64,000 nt of DNA from Prevotella sp. (GCA_017548385.1 JAFZAE010000144.1:6300-70299), one strand, 5' to 3'. Positions 21,142-30,766 are shown, numbered from the stretch's first letter. Numbers and translations are program-made. The notes: a model not told the origin generated them from the letters alone.

Positions 21142-22032
21142 TCAGTCATCGTCCTTGCAGCCTTGATTTGCCAAGAAGACACCGCCAAGAATCAGTGCAC
21201 TTCCTGCGTAAGCCATCGCGGTCATAGGTTCCTCGAGGAAAAAGGCACTGCAGATGACCGTGGTTACAGGAATCAAATAGACATAATTGGAACAAGTGAC
21301 GGCTCCCAGTTTGTTGATAGAGATGCTCCACATCGAAAAGCAGATAAGCGAGGCCACCAAACCAAGGAAAAGGATGTTGAAAAGCACTGACCATTCCACC
21401 ATTCTTGATAGAGGGAATTGCCAAGGATGGATAATAAAGATGGGGACCGAGGAGATAATTCCATAGAAAAACACCTTTCGCGTGACAAAACTTGTGTCAT
21501 AGCGGTCGCCAAGAATTTTCACAAGATAGCAATAGACACCCCAACAAAGTGATGCCGCCACAGAAAGCAAGTCGCCCATAGGATTGAGTTTTAACTCCAC
21601 CTCGCCATTGTAGATTACAACGCCAACTCCAGCCAAGGCTATCAGCGTGCCGATAATTAAGATTTTCTTCACCTTTAGATAGCGGAAGGTCATTAGAATT
21701 AAGATCATAGTGACTATCGGTGAGGTGCTGACGATAAAACTGACATTATTAACATATGTCAGACCTACTGCCAAGTTTTCTGTAATGAAATAGAGTGAGC
21801 CACCAGTAATGCCTAGCACAACCATGAGTAATTCGTCTTTCAAACTCTTGGCAAAGAGTGGCTTGCGACAACACAATAACATTGCCACATAGGCAATCAG
21901 AAAACGCAATAGAAATATCTCATCGGCACGCATCCCTAATTGCATCAACAATTTTGTGCTTACCAGTGTACTACCCCATATCGACACGACTATCAAAGCC
22001 ATGATATGATATAATAATCTGCTTTTAGACAT
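21142..22032 (-). CDS. DMT (EamA) family transporter
   Basis: About ten TM helices in two EamA repeats; start placed at ATG 22032. Confidence 0.88.
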   Translation of the reverse strand: MSKSRLLYHIMALIVVSIWGSTLVSTKLLMQLGMRADEIFLLRFLIAYVAMLLCCRKPLFAKSLKDELLMVVLGITGGSLYFITENLAVGLTYVNNVSFIVSTSPIVTMILILMTFRYLKVKKILIIGTLIALAGVGVVIYNGEVELKLNPMGDLLSVAASLCWGVYCYLVKILGDRYDTSFVTRKVFFYGIISSVPIFIIHPWQFPLSRMVEWSVLFNILFLGLVASLICFSMWSISINKLGAVTCSNYVYLIPVTTVICSAFFLEEPMTAMAYAGSALILGGVFLANQGCKDDD

Positions 22033-22121
22033 GTTTTTCCTATTTAAGTCTAGATTTAAGGTGGTTTTTAATAGTAAACCTCCATTTGGGTACATAAAAA
22101 ACGTAAGAATATGCAAAAATA

Positions 22122-22162
22122 GGAAAAAAACTGGAAAGATAAAAGAATTTCCAGTTTTTTCC
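22122..22162. terminator. Inverted repeat downstream of the DUF2207 gene
   Basis: ggaaaaaaactggaaa ... tttccagttttttcc, with T tracts on both strands. Confidence 0.65.
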
Positions 22163-22201
22163 CTAAAATTTTAATCAAATGCTTTGGGGGTCCTTTGTTT
22201 T

Positions 22202-23842
22202 TTATCTGACGCCTCCGCCTCCACCACCGCCTGAGAAGCCACCGCCTCCACCGCCACGGGAAGCAAATCCACCACCACCTCCCGATCTGGAGGAGCTCAT
22301 GGTGCTTTTTGTTGCTAATAGTGTGGCAACAGTCACATTACGAACAACATGGTCGTTGAGCATGGTCTGATAGAAACTGTCGAATCGCAGGTATTCTGGA
22401 TTGATTCTTTTCATGTCTTCACGCACTTGTTTGGCAATGCCGAATAGTTCTGCCCAAACTAAGTATTCTTTCCATAGTGTCACTTCTTGTACATGGCGTT
22501 CATTGGCAAGTGTGAAGTCTTTGAGGAATTTTTGAAGACCATAAACTTTGCGTACATTTTCCATGTCGTTGTTGACATCCTTGATGGACATTTTCTGCAT
22601 GGCAACCTTCATCATCTCCTCCACACGCTTGGGGTTATGGTTCATAAAATTTTTTAACTCCTTGGGTTGAAGGACATGGTCGTCGCCTGCTGCATCGGAG
22701 AAGATATTGTAGAGTAAGGAAAGCAATGGGAAGTTTACCAGTCCGTCTGTCTGTTGCATCTCGTAGATGGCAATACATTGTTTTACGCTCCCCTGTTTAC
22801 CCAACATTTTTGCCAGGCCAGTAGTTTCCACATAATGATCTTCTATGCGCAGTGCGCCGATGCTGATGAGTCTCAATACCGATGCACTGATTAGATTGTC
22901 ATAATTTACAGAGCGATAGCGGTGTGCATTGAGGATGCAGTTGGCTCGCACTAGGTTGCCCTTATAGGGAATATCTCTATACCACAGCAGATCTTTCTTT
23001 GCCTTCCGTTTTGAGTTCCACACGCGGTAGGTGTGTACTATGTAATAAATGAGCGGGACAAAGAATGCAAGGATGATGAAAATCCAATCCCAAAAACCGA
23101 AACTTTCTTCGTAGTCGCTGCCCTTAAAGGCTTCTTCTTCCAATTCTTTCATGGTCATGCTGACCGATTTGCTTGGGTGAAAGACACCTTTGTCTACAGC
23201 GACCAAGAGCCTCAACGCCTCTTCTTCATCCATTTTGTCGGAGGTTTCAGCAACGAGTGCACCATCAACAAAATTGAAGTCACCATCGTATCTGAAAGCC
23301 CATATCTGTGTGTTACCATTGGAAAACTTACCGTTCTCACGGTGGATGGTAACTTTAGCATGGTCGGGAGTCGGGTTGATGTGATGGGTGACAAATTCAT
23401 GGAAAAAACCATCCTTATCTTTGTAACTGCAAAGAAAATTAGACAGTGAATACTCCACGGTGTAGACTCTGTTGCCGCTTTCACCTAGGCCCCAACATAT
23501 TTCTACACCGTCATCCACCTCGTGCAAGCCACATTTGTTCGTCTTGCGACTGCGTGACCAACTGGTGTCCCATTTATCTACAAGCTGGAATTGAGTGTTT
23601 TTTTCGTCGGATACTCTAAGTTGGGTTATCTCCATCCCGTCGATGTTTCTCAACGGGATATAACATTCTGTTCCTGAGCCTTCAATGAACATTTTGCGCA
23701 CCTCGATAAAATGTGCGTCTCCATTGTCAGAAATCACCACGTGGATGTCGAGGTCCGTCAGACGAATTCCCCCCATGGCCATGACAGCCATAAAAGAGAG
23801 CAATGTCGCTAGCCATAAACGTTTATTTGCCGTAAATGTCAT
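22202..23842 (-). CDS. DUF2207-domain membrane protein
   Basis: Signal peptide, large periplasmic domain, one TM helix, LWKEYLVWAELFG motif and Gly/Ser-rich tail; overlaps the lemA 3' end; start uncertain. Confidence 0.82.
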   Translation of the reverse strand: MTFTANKRLWLATLLSFMAVMAMGGIRLTDLDIHVVISDNGDAHFIEVRKMFIEGSGTECYIPLRNIDGMEITQLRVSDEKNTQFQLVDKWDTSWSRSRKTNKCGLHEVDDGVEICWGLGESGNRVYTVEYSLSNFLCSYKDKDGFFHEFVTHHINPTPDHAKVTIHRENGKFSNGNTQIWAFRYDGDFNFVDGALVAETSDKMDEEEALRLLVAVDKGVFHPSKSVSMTMKELEEEAFKGSDYEESFGFWDWIFIILAFFVPLIYYIVHTYRVWNSKRKAKKDLLWYRDIPYKGNLVRANCILNAHRYRSVNYDNLISASVLRLISIGALRIEDHYVETTGLAKMLGKQGSVKQCIAIYEMQQTDGLVNFPLLSLLYNIFSDAAGDDHVLQPKELKNFMNHNPKRVEEMMKVAMQKMSIKDVNNDMENVRKVYGLQKFLKDFTLANERHVQEVTLWKEYLVWAELFGIAKQVREDMKRINPEYLRFDSFYQTMLNDHVVRNVTVATLLATKSTMSSSRSGGGGGFASRGGGGGGFSGGGGGGGVR

Positions 23843-24401
23843 CCAGATCGAGGTGTTGTTTTTTCTTCGGATCATCCACTTCCAGATATTCACGTTCAGC
23901 GAAACCTAACATTCTTGCAACGAAAGATGACGGCCACTGACGCACCATGCGGTTGATTTTTGTCACACAGTCGTTATAGACCATACGACTCATGCGCACG
24001 TTTTCCTCATACTGTATGGTTCCGTTCTGTACTTTTTCGAAGAGGTCGTTGGCCTTCAACTCTGGGTATCGCTCACTGACCACCATGAGCTTGCCCATGA
24101 TGTCGTTGATGGCGCTCTGTTGTTCTCCTACCTGTTGTGCGTTGGTAACATTGTTGATGCGTCGCTCAGCGATAGTTTTGACAAGTGTCTCTGACTCGTG
24201 CTGTGCGTAGCGCATCGCGGTCTTTGCCAGGTCCATGACAGCATCCCAACGGGAGTTGAGTTGTACAGAAATCTGACTCATTGCGTTGCGGCACATTTCA
24301 TCAAGTTTAACAAGCGTACGCTGTGTGCTGAAAATGTAAAGAAAAATCGCTCCTGCAATAATTAGGATAATCACCAAAAGAATAACTAGTGCTGTAATCA
24401 T
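23823..24401 (-). CDS. lemA: LemA family protein
   Basis: N-terminal TM helix, ISVQLNSRWD, YAQHE, ERYPELKAN and YND motifs. Confidence 0.88.
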   Translation of the reverse strand: MITALVILLVIILIIAGAIFLYIFSTQRTLVKLDEMCRNAMSQISVQLNSRWDAVMDLAKTAMRYAQHESETLVKTIAERRINNVTNAQQVGEQQSAINDIMGKLMVVSERYPELKANDLFEKVQNGTIQYEENVRMSRMVYNDCVTKINRMVRQWPSSFVARMLGFAEREYLEVDDPKKKQHLDLDDIYGK

Positions 24402-24478
24402 AGTTGTTTGTTATTTAAATTAAAAAAACGAGATACTGGTTTTTGTTGTTGAGTTGCCAAAGTGATAGTATTACAAAT

Positions 24479-24526
24479 AACTCGTCAACTTGTAAACTTG
24501 TCAACTCGTTAACTTATAAACTTGTC
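24479..24526. repeat. Six tandem degenerate octamers AACT(C/T)(G/A)T(C/A/T)
   Basis: aactcgtc aacttgta aacttgtc aactcgtt aacttata aacttgtc. Confidence 0.85.
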
Positions 24527-24541
24527 ACTCATTACACGCGA

Positions 24542-24620
24542 CAAATGTAATGAAAAGTTGTGAAATATGCAATTTCTTGTTGGATTTTGTCTTGATTAGG
24601 GCTATTTTTTTGTAATTTTG
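24542..24620. promoter_or_regulatory. Divergent -7 promoter pair (lemA on the minus strand, mtaB on the plus strand)
   Basis: TACATTTG on the minus strand at 24542-24549 and TAATTTTG on the plus strand at 24613-24620. Confidence 0.55.
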
Positions 24621-24624
24621 CATA

Positions 24625-26022
24625 ATGATTAATACTTCAGCATTTCAAGGAAAGAAAGCAGCGTATTTTACGTTGGGTTGTAAACTCAATTTCTCGGAGA
24701 CGTCAACCTTTGCCGCGATGCTTCGCGAGATGGGTGTGACGGCAGTAGAAAAAGGTGAGCAAGCCGACATATGCCTCATCAACACCTGTTCGGTGACTGA
24801 AGTGGCCGACCACAAATGTCGTCAGGCTATCCACCGCATGGTAAGGCAACATCCTGGAGCCTTTGTGGTTGTGACAGGCTGTTATGCACAGTTGTCTCCG
24901 CAGCAAGTGAGCGAGATAGATGGCGTGGACTTGGTCTTGGGATCAAACGAGAAAGCCACACTCATCGAGCACCTTTCACAGGTGTGGACGGGTGTGCCGA
25001 AGACAGATTCGCTGCATCAGTACCATACAGTAAAGACAAAGGATATCAAGGCCTTTGCGCCCAGTTGCTCCCGAGGCAATCGTACTCGCTATTTTCTGAA
25101 GGTGCAGGATGGCTGCGACTATTTCTGTACCTATTGTACCATCCCGTATGCCCGTGGCTTCAGCCGTAGTGCCACTGTCGACACATTGGTGAAACAAGCT
25201 CGTCAGGCAGCCCTTGAGGGTGGCCGTGAGATTGTTCTCACGGGTGTGAATATTGGAGACTTCGGCAAAAATACTGGCGAGAACTTTCTCGACCTCGTGC
25301 GTGCCCTCGACCAGGTGGAAGGAATCCAGCGCTATCGCATCAGCAGTCTTGAACCCGATTTGCTTTCCGATGAACTTATAGCTTATTGTGCTGCAAGCCG
25401 TGCCTTCATGCCACATTTCCACATTCCACTGCAAAGTGGGTCGGACGAGGTGTTGCGGCTCATGCATCGCAGATACAACCGTGCCCTCTTTGCTGATAAA
25501 ATACAACGTATCAAGGAGGCAATGCCCGATGCCTTTATTGGCGTAGATGTTATTGTGGGAATGCGAGGGGAAACTGAGGCACATTTCCAGGAAACCTATG
25601 ATTTCTTGAGTGCACTTGACATTACCCAATTGCATGTGTTCCCTTATTCTGAGCGTCCTGGCACTGCAGCCTTGCGCATTGACCATGTGGTGAGTGATGC
25701 TGAGAAAAAACGCCGTTCAGCGGCATTGTTGAAACTTTCCGATGAAAAGACCCGCGCCTTCTATGAACGGCACATCGGCACAACAGCCGAGGTGCTTTTC
25801 GAGCGTGCCACCCGTGGTAGGGCGATGAAAGGCTTCACACGTAACTATATCCGTGTGGAACTGCCTCCCAACGAGGCCGATCCCCAGCTAGACAACACCA
25901 TCTGCAAAGTTTCTCTCGAAAATCTCATATCCAGCACCTCTCCTAGGGGAGAGGGAAATGGATATTTAGCAGTTAGAGGGAAGGTAATCTCTCACCTCTC
26001 ACCCCTTACCCCTTATCTCTAA
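24625..26022 (+). CDS. mtaB: tRNA t6A37 methylthiotransferase
   Basis: TLGCKLNFSE, NTCSVT, VTGCYAQ, radical SAM CDYFCTYC and HIPLQSGS motifs. Confidence 0.92.
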   Translation: MINTSAFQGKKAAYFTLGCKLNFSETSTFAAMLREMGVTAVEKGEQADICLINTCSVTEVADHKCRQAIHRMVRQHPGAFVVVTGCYAQLSPQQVSEIDGVDLVLGSNEKATLIEHLSQVWTGVPKTDSLHQYHTVKTKDIKAFAPSCSRGNRTRYFLKVQDGCDYFCTYCTIPYARGFSRSATVDTLVKQARQAALEGGREIVLTGVNIGDFGKNTGENFLDLVRALDQVEGIQRYRISSLEPDLLSDELIAYCAASRAFMPHFHIPLQSGSDEVLRLMHRRYNRALFADKIQRIKEAMPDAFIGVDVIVGMRGETEAHFQETYDFLSALDITQLHVFPYSERPGTAALRIDHVVSDAEKKRRSAALLKLSDEKTRAFYERHIGTTAEVLFERATRGRAMKGFTRNYIRVELPPNEADPQLDNTICKVSLENLISSTSPRGEGNGYLAVRGKVISHLSPLTPYL

Positions 26023-26026
26023 AATT

Positions 26027-27061
26027 ATGTCTACAATTGCTATCGTTATTCTAAATTGGAACGGACAACGGATGCTTGCCGAATATCTACCGAGTGTGAT
26101 ACAATATTCGCAGGGTAACGAGGTGGTGGTGGCTGACAATGCTTCTACAGATGATTCAATAGCGTTTTTGCGGGAGCATTTCCCAGAGGTGAAAATTCTT
26201 CCCTTGGAGAAGAACTGGGGATTTGCTGGTGGGTATAACAAGGCATTGGCACAGGTGGAGGCCACTTACTATGTGCTGCTGAACAGTGACGTGGAGGTGA
26301 CAAAGGGGTGGTTGGAACCTTTGGTGGCGTTCATGGAAAGCCACCAAGAGGTGGCTGCATGCCAACCGAAATTACGTGCAGTGTCCGACCGTGGTGCCTT
26401 TGAATATGCTGGAGCTGCTGGGGGGTACATCGATCGGTTAGGATATCCCTTCTGCCGTGGTAGGGTTTTTGACACCGTGGAGCAGGACGAAGGACAGTAT
26501 GATACTACAGAAGAAGTGTTCTGGACAACAGGAGCCTGCATGATGATTCGCTCAGCCGATTATCATGCTGTTGGGGGATTGGATGAACGCTTTTTTGCAC
26601 ATAACGAGGAAATCGACCTTTGTTGGCGGTTGCGCAACCGTGGTCGTCATTTCTTCTGCTTGCCTGAGAGCGTGGTGTATCATGTGGGGGGTGGAACGCT
26701 GCCGAAGGGAAATCCACGAAAAACATTCTTGAATTTCCGTAACAATCTTACGATGCTGTATAAAAACTTGCCAGCCAGCGAACTCCGTGGCGTGATGCGT
26801 TGGCGGTGGTTCTTAGACTATCTTGCGGCTTGGCAGACATTGATACTCAATCGTAACTGGGGTGACTTCTGGGCTATCTATCAGGCTCGCAAAGCTTTTA
26901 AAAAGTGGCGACATGAGTTCGATGACGACAGAAAAGAGATTTGCGCCGAGGTGGATATTCCCCAGCGCAAATCCTATTCAATCCTTTGGCAGTATTATTT
27001 TCATCAGAGAAAAAAGTTCTCTAACCTCCCCCCCCAATCCCTATCTAAGGGGAGAAGGTGA
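26027..27061 (+). CDS. Glycosyltransferase family 2
   Basis: VILNWNG, DNASTD, NWGFAGGYN, LLNSD and EEIDLCWR motifs. Confidence 0.9.
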   Translation: MSTIAIVILNWNGQRMLAEYLPSVIQYSQGNEVVVADNASTDDSIAFLREHFPEVKILPLEKNWGFAGGYNKALAQVEATYYVLLNSDVEVTKGWLEPLVAFMESHQEVAACQPKLRAVSDRGAFEYAGAAGGYIDRLGYPFCRGRVFDTVEQDEGQYDTTEEVFWTTGACMMIRSADYHAVGGLDERFFAHNEEIDLCWRLRNRGRHFFCLPESVVYHVGGGTLPKGNPRKTFLNFRNNLTMLYKNLPASELRGVMRWRWFLDYLAAWQTLILNRNWGDFWAIYQARKAFKKWRHEFDDDRKEICAEVDIPQRKSYSILWQYYFHQRKKFSNLPPQSLSKGRR

Positions 27062-27154
27062 TTGCTAGTTTTTTGATGATTACTTGGATTCTATTGGTCT
27101 TGAAGTCCCATAACTATTGAGTGGTGACTCCCTTTCATCTTCAATTTTCAATTA

Positions 27155-28648
27155 TTAATCTTTAAAAGCCTCTGGTATAGCTGATCCAATACAGCAGTCG
27201 GGCATCTGAATGTGGAGCATGGCGCAGACAGTGGCAGCGATATCTACCATAAAGGTAGGACGATTGGTGCTGCCTTGGTTGACATGCCATCCCAAGAATA
27301 TCAGGGGAATGTGCGAGTCGTCGGGATTCCATGTACCATGTGAGGTACCTTTGTAGTCTGGTCCTACAGTGCCGTGCATGTGTCCTCCTTGTAGAATTAC
27401 CATGATGTCGCCACTTCGCTGGCGGTTATAGCCATTGATGATGCGCTCACGTAGGAATTGCGGAATACTTGCCTGCTGCACTTTCTCGTAGGCAGTGACA
27501 AAGGCGAATTGTGGGTCTTCCTTGAGTATGCTGACAGCTTTGTCGCATACGGCCTCGAAGTCCAGACCGCTATTCTTGATAAATTCATGGTCGAGGTAGA
27601 TGCGACAGTCCATGATGGCTTTTACGTAATTGCCGCTCACGCCAAAGGCTTTTGCCAGTCCCTCATTAAGTGCATTCTTTGTTGGTGACCCACTCCAACC
27701 TCCGCCAGGCATGTGGTGCTCGTTGAGGAAATTACCATTGTGGACTGCTCCGTGGTCAGCGGTAAGAAATAGCAGGTAGTTGCCGCGTCCTACTTCATTG
27801 TCAAGTGCTCGGAGGAATTTTGTTAATTCCTTGTCCAACTGCATATACACCTCTAGATTTTCTGTTCCTCGTGTACTGTATGTGTGTCCGATGGCATCTG
27901 TCGACGAAATGCTCACGGTAAGCATGTCGCAGTATTCATGGTGCCCCATACGCTCTTGTCGCAGTACTTCTGTGGCCATTTTGAAAGTCATCGTCACTCC
28001 CTCGTTACTCGTCTTGATGTCGTAATCGGGTTTTGTGTGGTTTAGTCGGTTGAAATTATCCATCCAACGTGGAAGTTTATCCATATAGTATGTGCTGGTG
28101 ATGAAATGTCCGGCATGGTCGTCCCACCAGTAAGCAGCGTCGGCACTGTGACCTGCTGGTAGTATGGCGGCTCGGTCTTTGAGTGCCACTCCGATGACTT
28201 TTGACTTGAAGTCGGTGGCAAGTTTCAGTTGGTCGCCGATGGTGTTGGCAAGCATATTTCGTGGTGAGCATTTCCCAGCTTTGTTAGCGATGTCGCTACC
28301 AACAGCCACAACAGTGGTGTCGGTGACACTGGTGACATTCTCCCCATTGAGGTAGAAATTATTGCCGGCGATGCCATGAAGTGCCGGCACACTGCCAGTA
28401 TATACTGACGCATGTCCGATGGCAGTGACAGTGGGCACGTGACTTATCATGGTGTTCTCACAGCTGAAACCTTCTTTGAGCAGCCTTTGGATACCATTGT
28501 CACCCCATTTCTCATAATAATAATAGAGGTAGTCCCATCTCATCTGGTCAACGACGATTCCAACGATGAGTTTGGGCTGGTCGACTCCTTTGCCCCATCC
28601 CATGGCGCAGGCGAACATAAAGACTATTGTTAAAATCTTTCTTTTCAT
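27155..28648 (-). CDS. PafA-like alkaline phosphatase superfamily protein
   Basis: Signal peptide, VVDQMRWDY, PTVTAIGH (Thr nucleophile), LKDRAA, DAIGH and TADHG motifs. Confidence 0.88.
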   Translation of the reverse strand: MKRKILTIVFMFACAMGWGKGVDQPKLIVGIVVDQMRWDYLYYYYEKWGDNGIQRLLKEGFSCENTMISHVPTVTAIGHASVYTGSVPALHGIAGNNFYLNGENVTSVTDTTVVAVGSDIANKAGKCSPRNMLANTIGDQLKLATDFKSKVIGVALKDRAAILPAGHSADAAYWWDDHAGHFITSTYYMDKLPRWMDNFNRLNHTKPDYDIKTSNEGVTMTFKMATEVLRQERMGHHEYCDMLTVSISSTDAIGHTYSTRGTENLEVYMQLDKELTKFLRALDNEVGRGNYLLFLTADHGAVHNGNFLNEHHMPGGGWSGSPTKNALNEGLAKAFGVSGNYVKAIMDCRIYLDHEFIKNSGLDFEAVCDKAVSILKEDPQFAFVTAYEKVQQASIPQFLRERIINGYNRQRSGDIMVILQGGHMHGTVGPDYKGTSHGTWNPDDSHIPLIFLGWHVNQGSTNRPTFMVDIAATVCAMLHIQMPDCCIGSAIPEAFKD

Positions 28649-28790
28649 AGATTAAGTGAATTATGTGTTTATCTGTTGCAAACTTACCAAATTATTCTCA
28701 CATATGGGCTTTTTTTGCTGAAAATTTAGATTTATTATTAAAAAATCAAAAAAAGTTCTACTTTTTCTTGCATTGTATTTATTTATTCCT

Positions 28791-28798
28791 TATATTTG
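28791..28798 (+). promoter_or_regulatory. Bacteroidetes -7 promoter element with no convincing protein gene downstream
   Basis: TATATTTG followed by CA; TTG near 28768; divergent from the phosphatase promoter (TAAGTTTG on the minus strand at 28679-28686). Confidence 0.6.
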
Positions 28799-28802
28799 CA
28801 GC

Positions 28803-29206
28803 ACATTTCGATTGATTGGATAAAAACACATTTGAACATTTTGATTACGTGAGACGGGTGACCGTCATGGCGTGTCTTCATATACGTACCAATAGCGGTA
28901 TGATAGTAAATCCATACGTGATGGTGTGGTAGGCTGTCTGCCTATTGGATGTTATATATCCCTAATGCGAAGGGCTGTAGTTTTGGCTTACGAATAATTA
29001 AGATACTTCATAGATACAGATTTATTAGATACTTCATTATTTTTTTAGGAATTAGATACTTCATAGATAATTTCATCAATCAATTTCAGGATAAAAAGAA
29101 TGACTTCAGGGTAATAGGAAACAGAAATTTTTCATTGCTGATCTTTTAATTCTGTGACACCCAAGAATTCCCCCGTGCGACGGGGGAATTCGCGGGAACC
29201 TTTTTT
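28803..29206 (+). ncRNA. Candidate structured non-coding RNA of about 400 nt
   Basis: Bounded by a -7 promoter and a 12-bp hairpin with a T tract; stem-loops at 28846-28975; three AGATACTTCAT repeats; ends are inferred. Confidence 0.5.
29165..29206 (+). terminator. Intrinsic terminator-like hairpin
   Basis: gaattcccccgt-gcg-acgggggaattc, with T6 at 29201-29206. Confidence 0.7.
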
Positions 29207-29283
29207 ATGGGTAGGGAGTTGAAAAGAGAAGAGTAAAAAGTTCACTTATCAATTGATAATCAAACAACTTTTCAACTCGTTAA

Positions 29284-30267
29284 CTACTTGATCTTCTTCT
29301 TCAATGCTTTTAGCTCTTTGATGGCATCACGGGCTGCATTCTCTCCAAGTCGAATCATGTCGTCGATGCTGTTTCCATTGAAACTCTCTGGCCCGTATTT
29401 CCCGAGTTTGGGACAGATATAGACATCGGCGGCCTTGCGGTTTTCCTCGGCTTTTTTCCAGTCTGGTCGTGAAACAGCCCAGTCAAGCAGTCCCCCGATA
29501 CCAAATGTCTCTTTGAGTGAAAAATCGCGAGTTTTATGTTGATTCTGTTCTAAGTCGATGGCGATGACGATGTCGGCTCCCATCTGCTTGACCACATCTA
29601 CGGGGAGATTGTTGAGCATTCCCCCGTCGACGAGTGTGTGTCCATTCCATTTTACGGGTTTGAAGACTCCTGGGATTGCCATGCTTGCGCGCATGGCTAG
29701 TTCCAGCTCGCAGTTGTTCATAATGACTTCCTCTTGGTCGTTAATATCTACCGCCACGCAACGGAAGGGTATAGGCAACTTGTCGAAATCACCGATGTTG
29801 TTGTATCTACTGGTAAGTGAGTCGAGGAGGTATGATACCTGTTCTGCCCGTAGAAGTCCAAATCCCTCTACAAAGTCGTCGTCGAAATGTGATTTTTTCT
29901 TTCCTGTGATAGGAAAACCGAAAAGATATGTGGTGCCATCGTGAGTCTCAAGAATGTCGTTTTCGAAAGCGATGTTGCGGTTCCCAATAAGCGATAGCCA
30001 TTCCTGCTCGCGGAAAAGCGACTCGAGTTGGTCGGCACTAAATCCACAGGCATAAAGTCCTCCGACAATGGCACCTATGCTGGTGCCTGCAATGTAATCT
30101 ATAGGGATTTCGAGCTCTTCCAACACTTTGAGAACTCCCACCTCTGCAGCACCCTTAGCGCCTCCTCCACCTAGGACAAGTCCCACTTTGGGCCTATCTC
30201 CACCAACGGCCATTGTCTGAATAGTCATGAGAAGCAATACAATGATGGTAAATATTTTGCGAAGCAT
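29284..30267 (-). CDS. Exported patatin-like phospholipase
   Basis: Signal peptide, GGGGAKG, GTSIG and DGG motifs; patatin domain only. Confidence 0.9.
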   Translation of the reverse strand: MLRKIFTIIVLLLMTIQTMAVGGDRPKVGLVLGGGGAKGAAEVGVLKVLEELEIPIDYIAGTSIGAIVGGLYACGFSADQLESLFREQEWLSLIGNRNIAFENDILETHDGTTYLFGFPITGKKKSHFDDDFVEGFGLLRAEQVSYLLDSLTSRYNNIGDFDKLPIPFRCVAVDINDQEEVIMNNCELELAMRASMAIPGVFKPVKWNGHTLVDGGMLNNLPVDVVKQMGADIVIAIDLEQNQHKTRDFSLKETFGIGGLLDWAVSRPDWKKAEENRKAADVYICPKLGKYGPESFNGNSIDDMIRLGENAARDAIKELKALKKKIK

Positions 30268-30337
30268 AATTCTTGTTTTTTGTGTCTTGGTTGCAATGGT
30301 GTGTAGCAAAGACGGGCAATTCTGTCTAAAGATTTAA

Positions 30338-30766
30338 TTAGTATTCTTGAGGTGTCCCCTCAAGTACTTGTTGTACCTTTTCCTCTATTTCCGGAGGATA
30401 GTTTTCCATTTGTATGGGATGTTCCCGCCAGTATTCTTCTTCGTTGAATTGTTGTTCTGGTTCAGGGTAGTTGTAGTCATCGCGAAAATAGATTTGTGGA
30501 TCGGAGTTAACAATGAGGTCAGGGTCGGGTGCGAGGTAGAAATGATATCTTGTAAAGTCTTCCTCTATGCCTCGGGTTTTATATTTTCCTGGGCTATATC
30601 CCTGCATCTCGTGATATATTTCTGGTTTTATTTTTTCGCCACTACTGATGTATCCAAGCACCGACCTGACGGTATTCTTATCGAAAACACCCACGATGGT
30701 GAGTGTCACAATGATAAATGCCGTTGAAAGGAGTGTGCAGAGGATGATTTTAAGGGCTTTTTTCAT
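30338..30766 (-). CDS. Hypothetical protein with an N-terminal membrane anchor
   Basis: MKK + hydrophobic helix, acidic/Tyr/Pro-rich remainder; -7 element on the minus strand at 30798-30805. Confidence 0.65.
   Translation of the reverse strand: MKKALKIILCTLLSTAFIIVTLTIVGVFDKNTVRSVLGYISSGEKIKPEIYHEMQGYSPGKYKTRGIEEDFTRYHFYLAPDPDLIVNSDPQIYFRDDYNYPEPEQQFNEEEYWREHPIQMENYPPEIEEKVQQVLEGTPQEY

Noticed and set aside
22202-22290. GC-rich triplet repeats and a Pro-rich plus-strand ORF
   Set aside because: This is the Gly-rich tail typical of DUF2207 proteins; the opposite-strand ORF is its shadow
29001-29064. Regularly spaced direct repeats as a CRISPR array
   Set aside because: The 11-nt repeats and 15-16-nt spacers are far too short, there are only three exact copies, and no cas gene is in the window
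28949-29149. 66-aa ORF with repeated IRYFI
   Set aside because: The start lies in a folded, non-A-rich context and the repeats fall in different frames, so the peptide pattern looks like a by-product; not formally excluded
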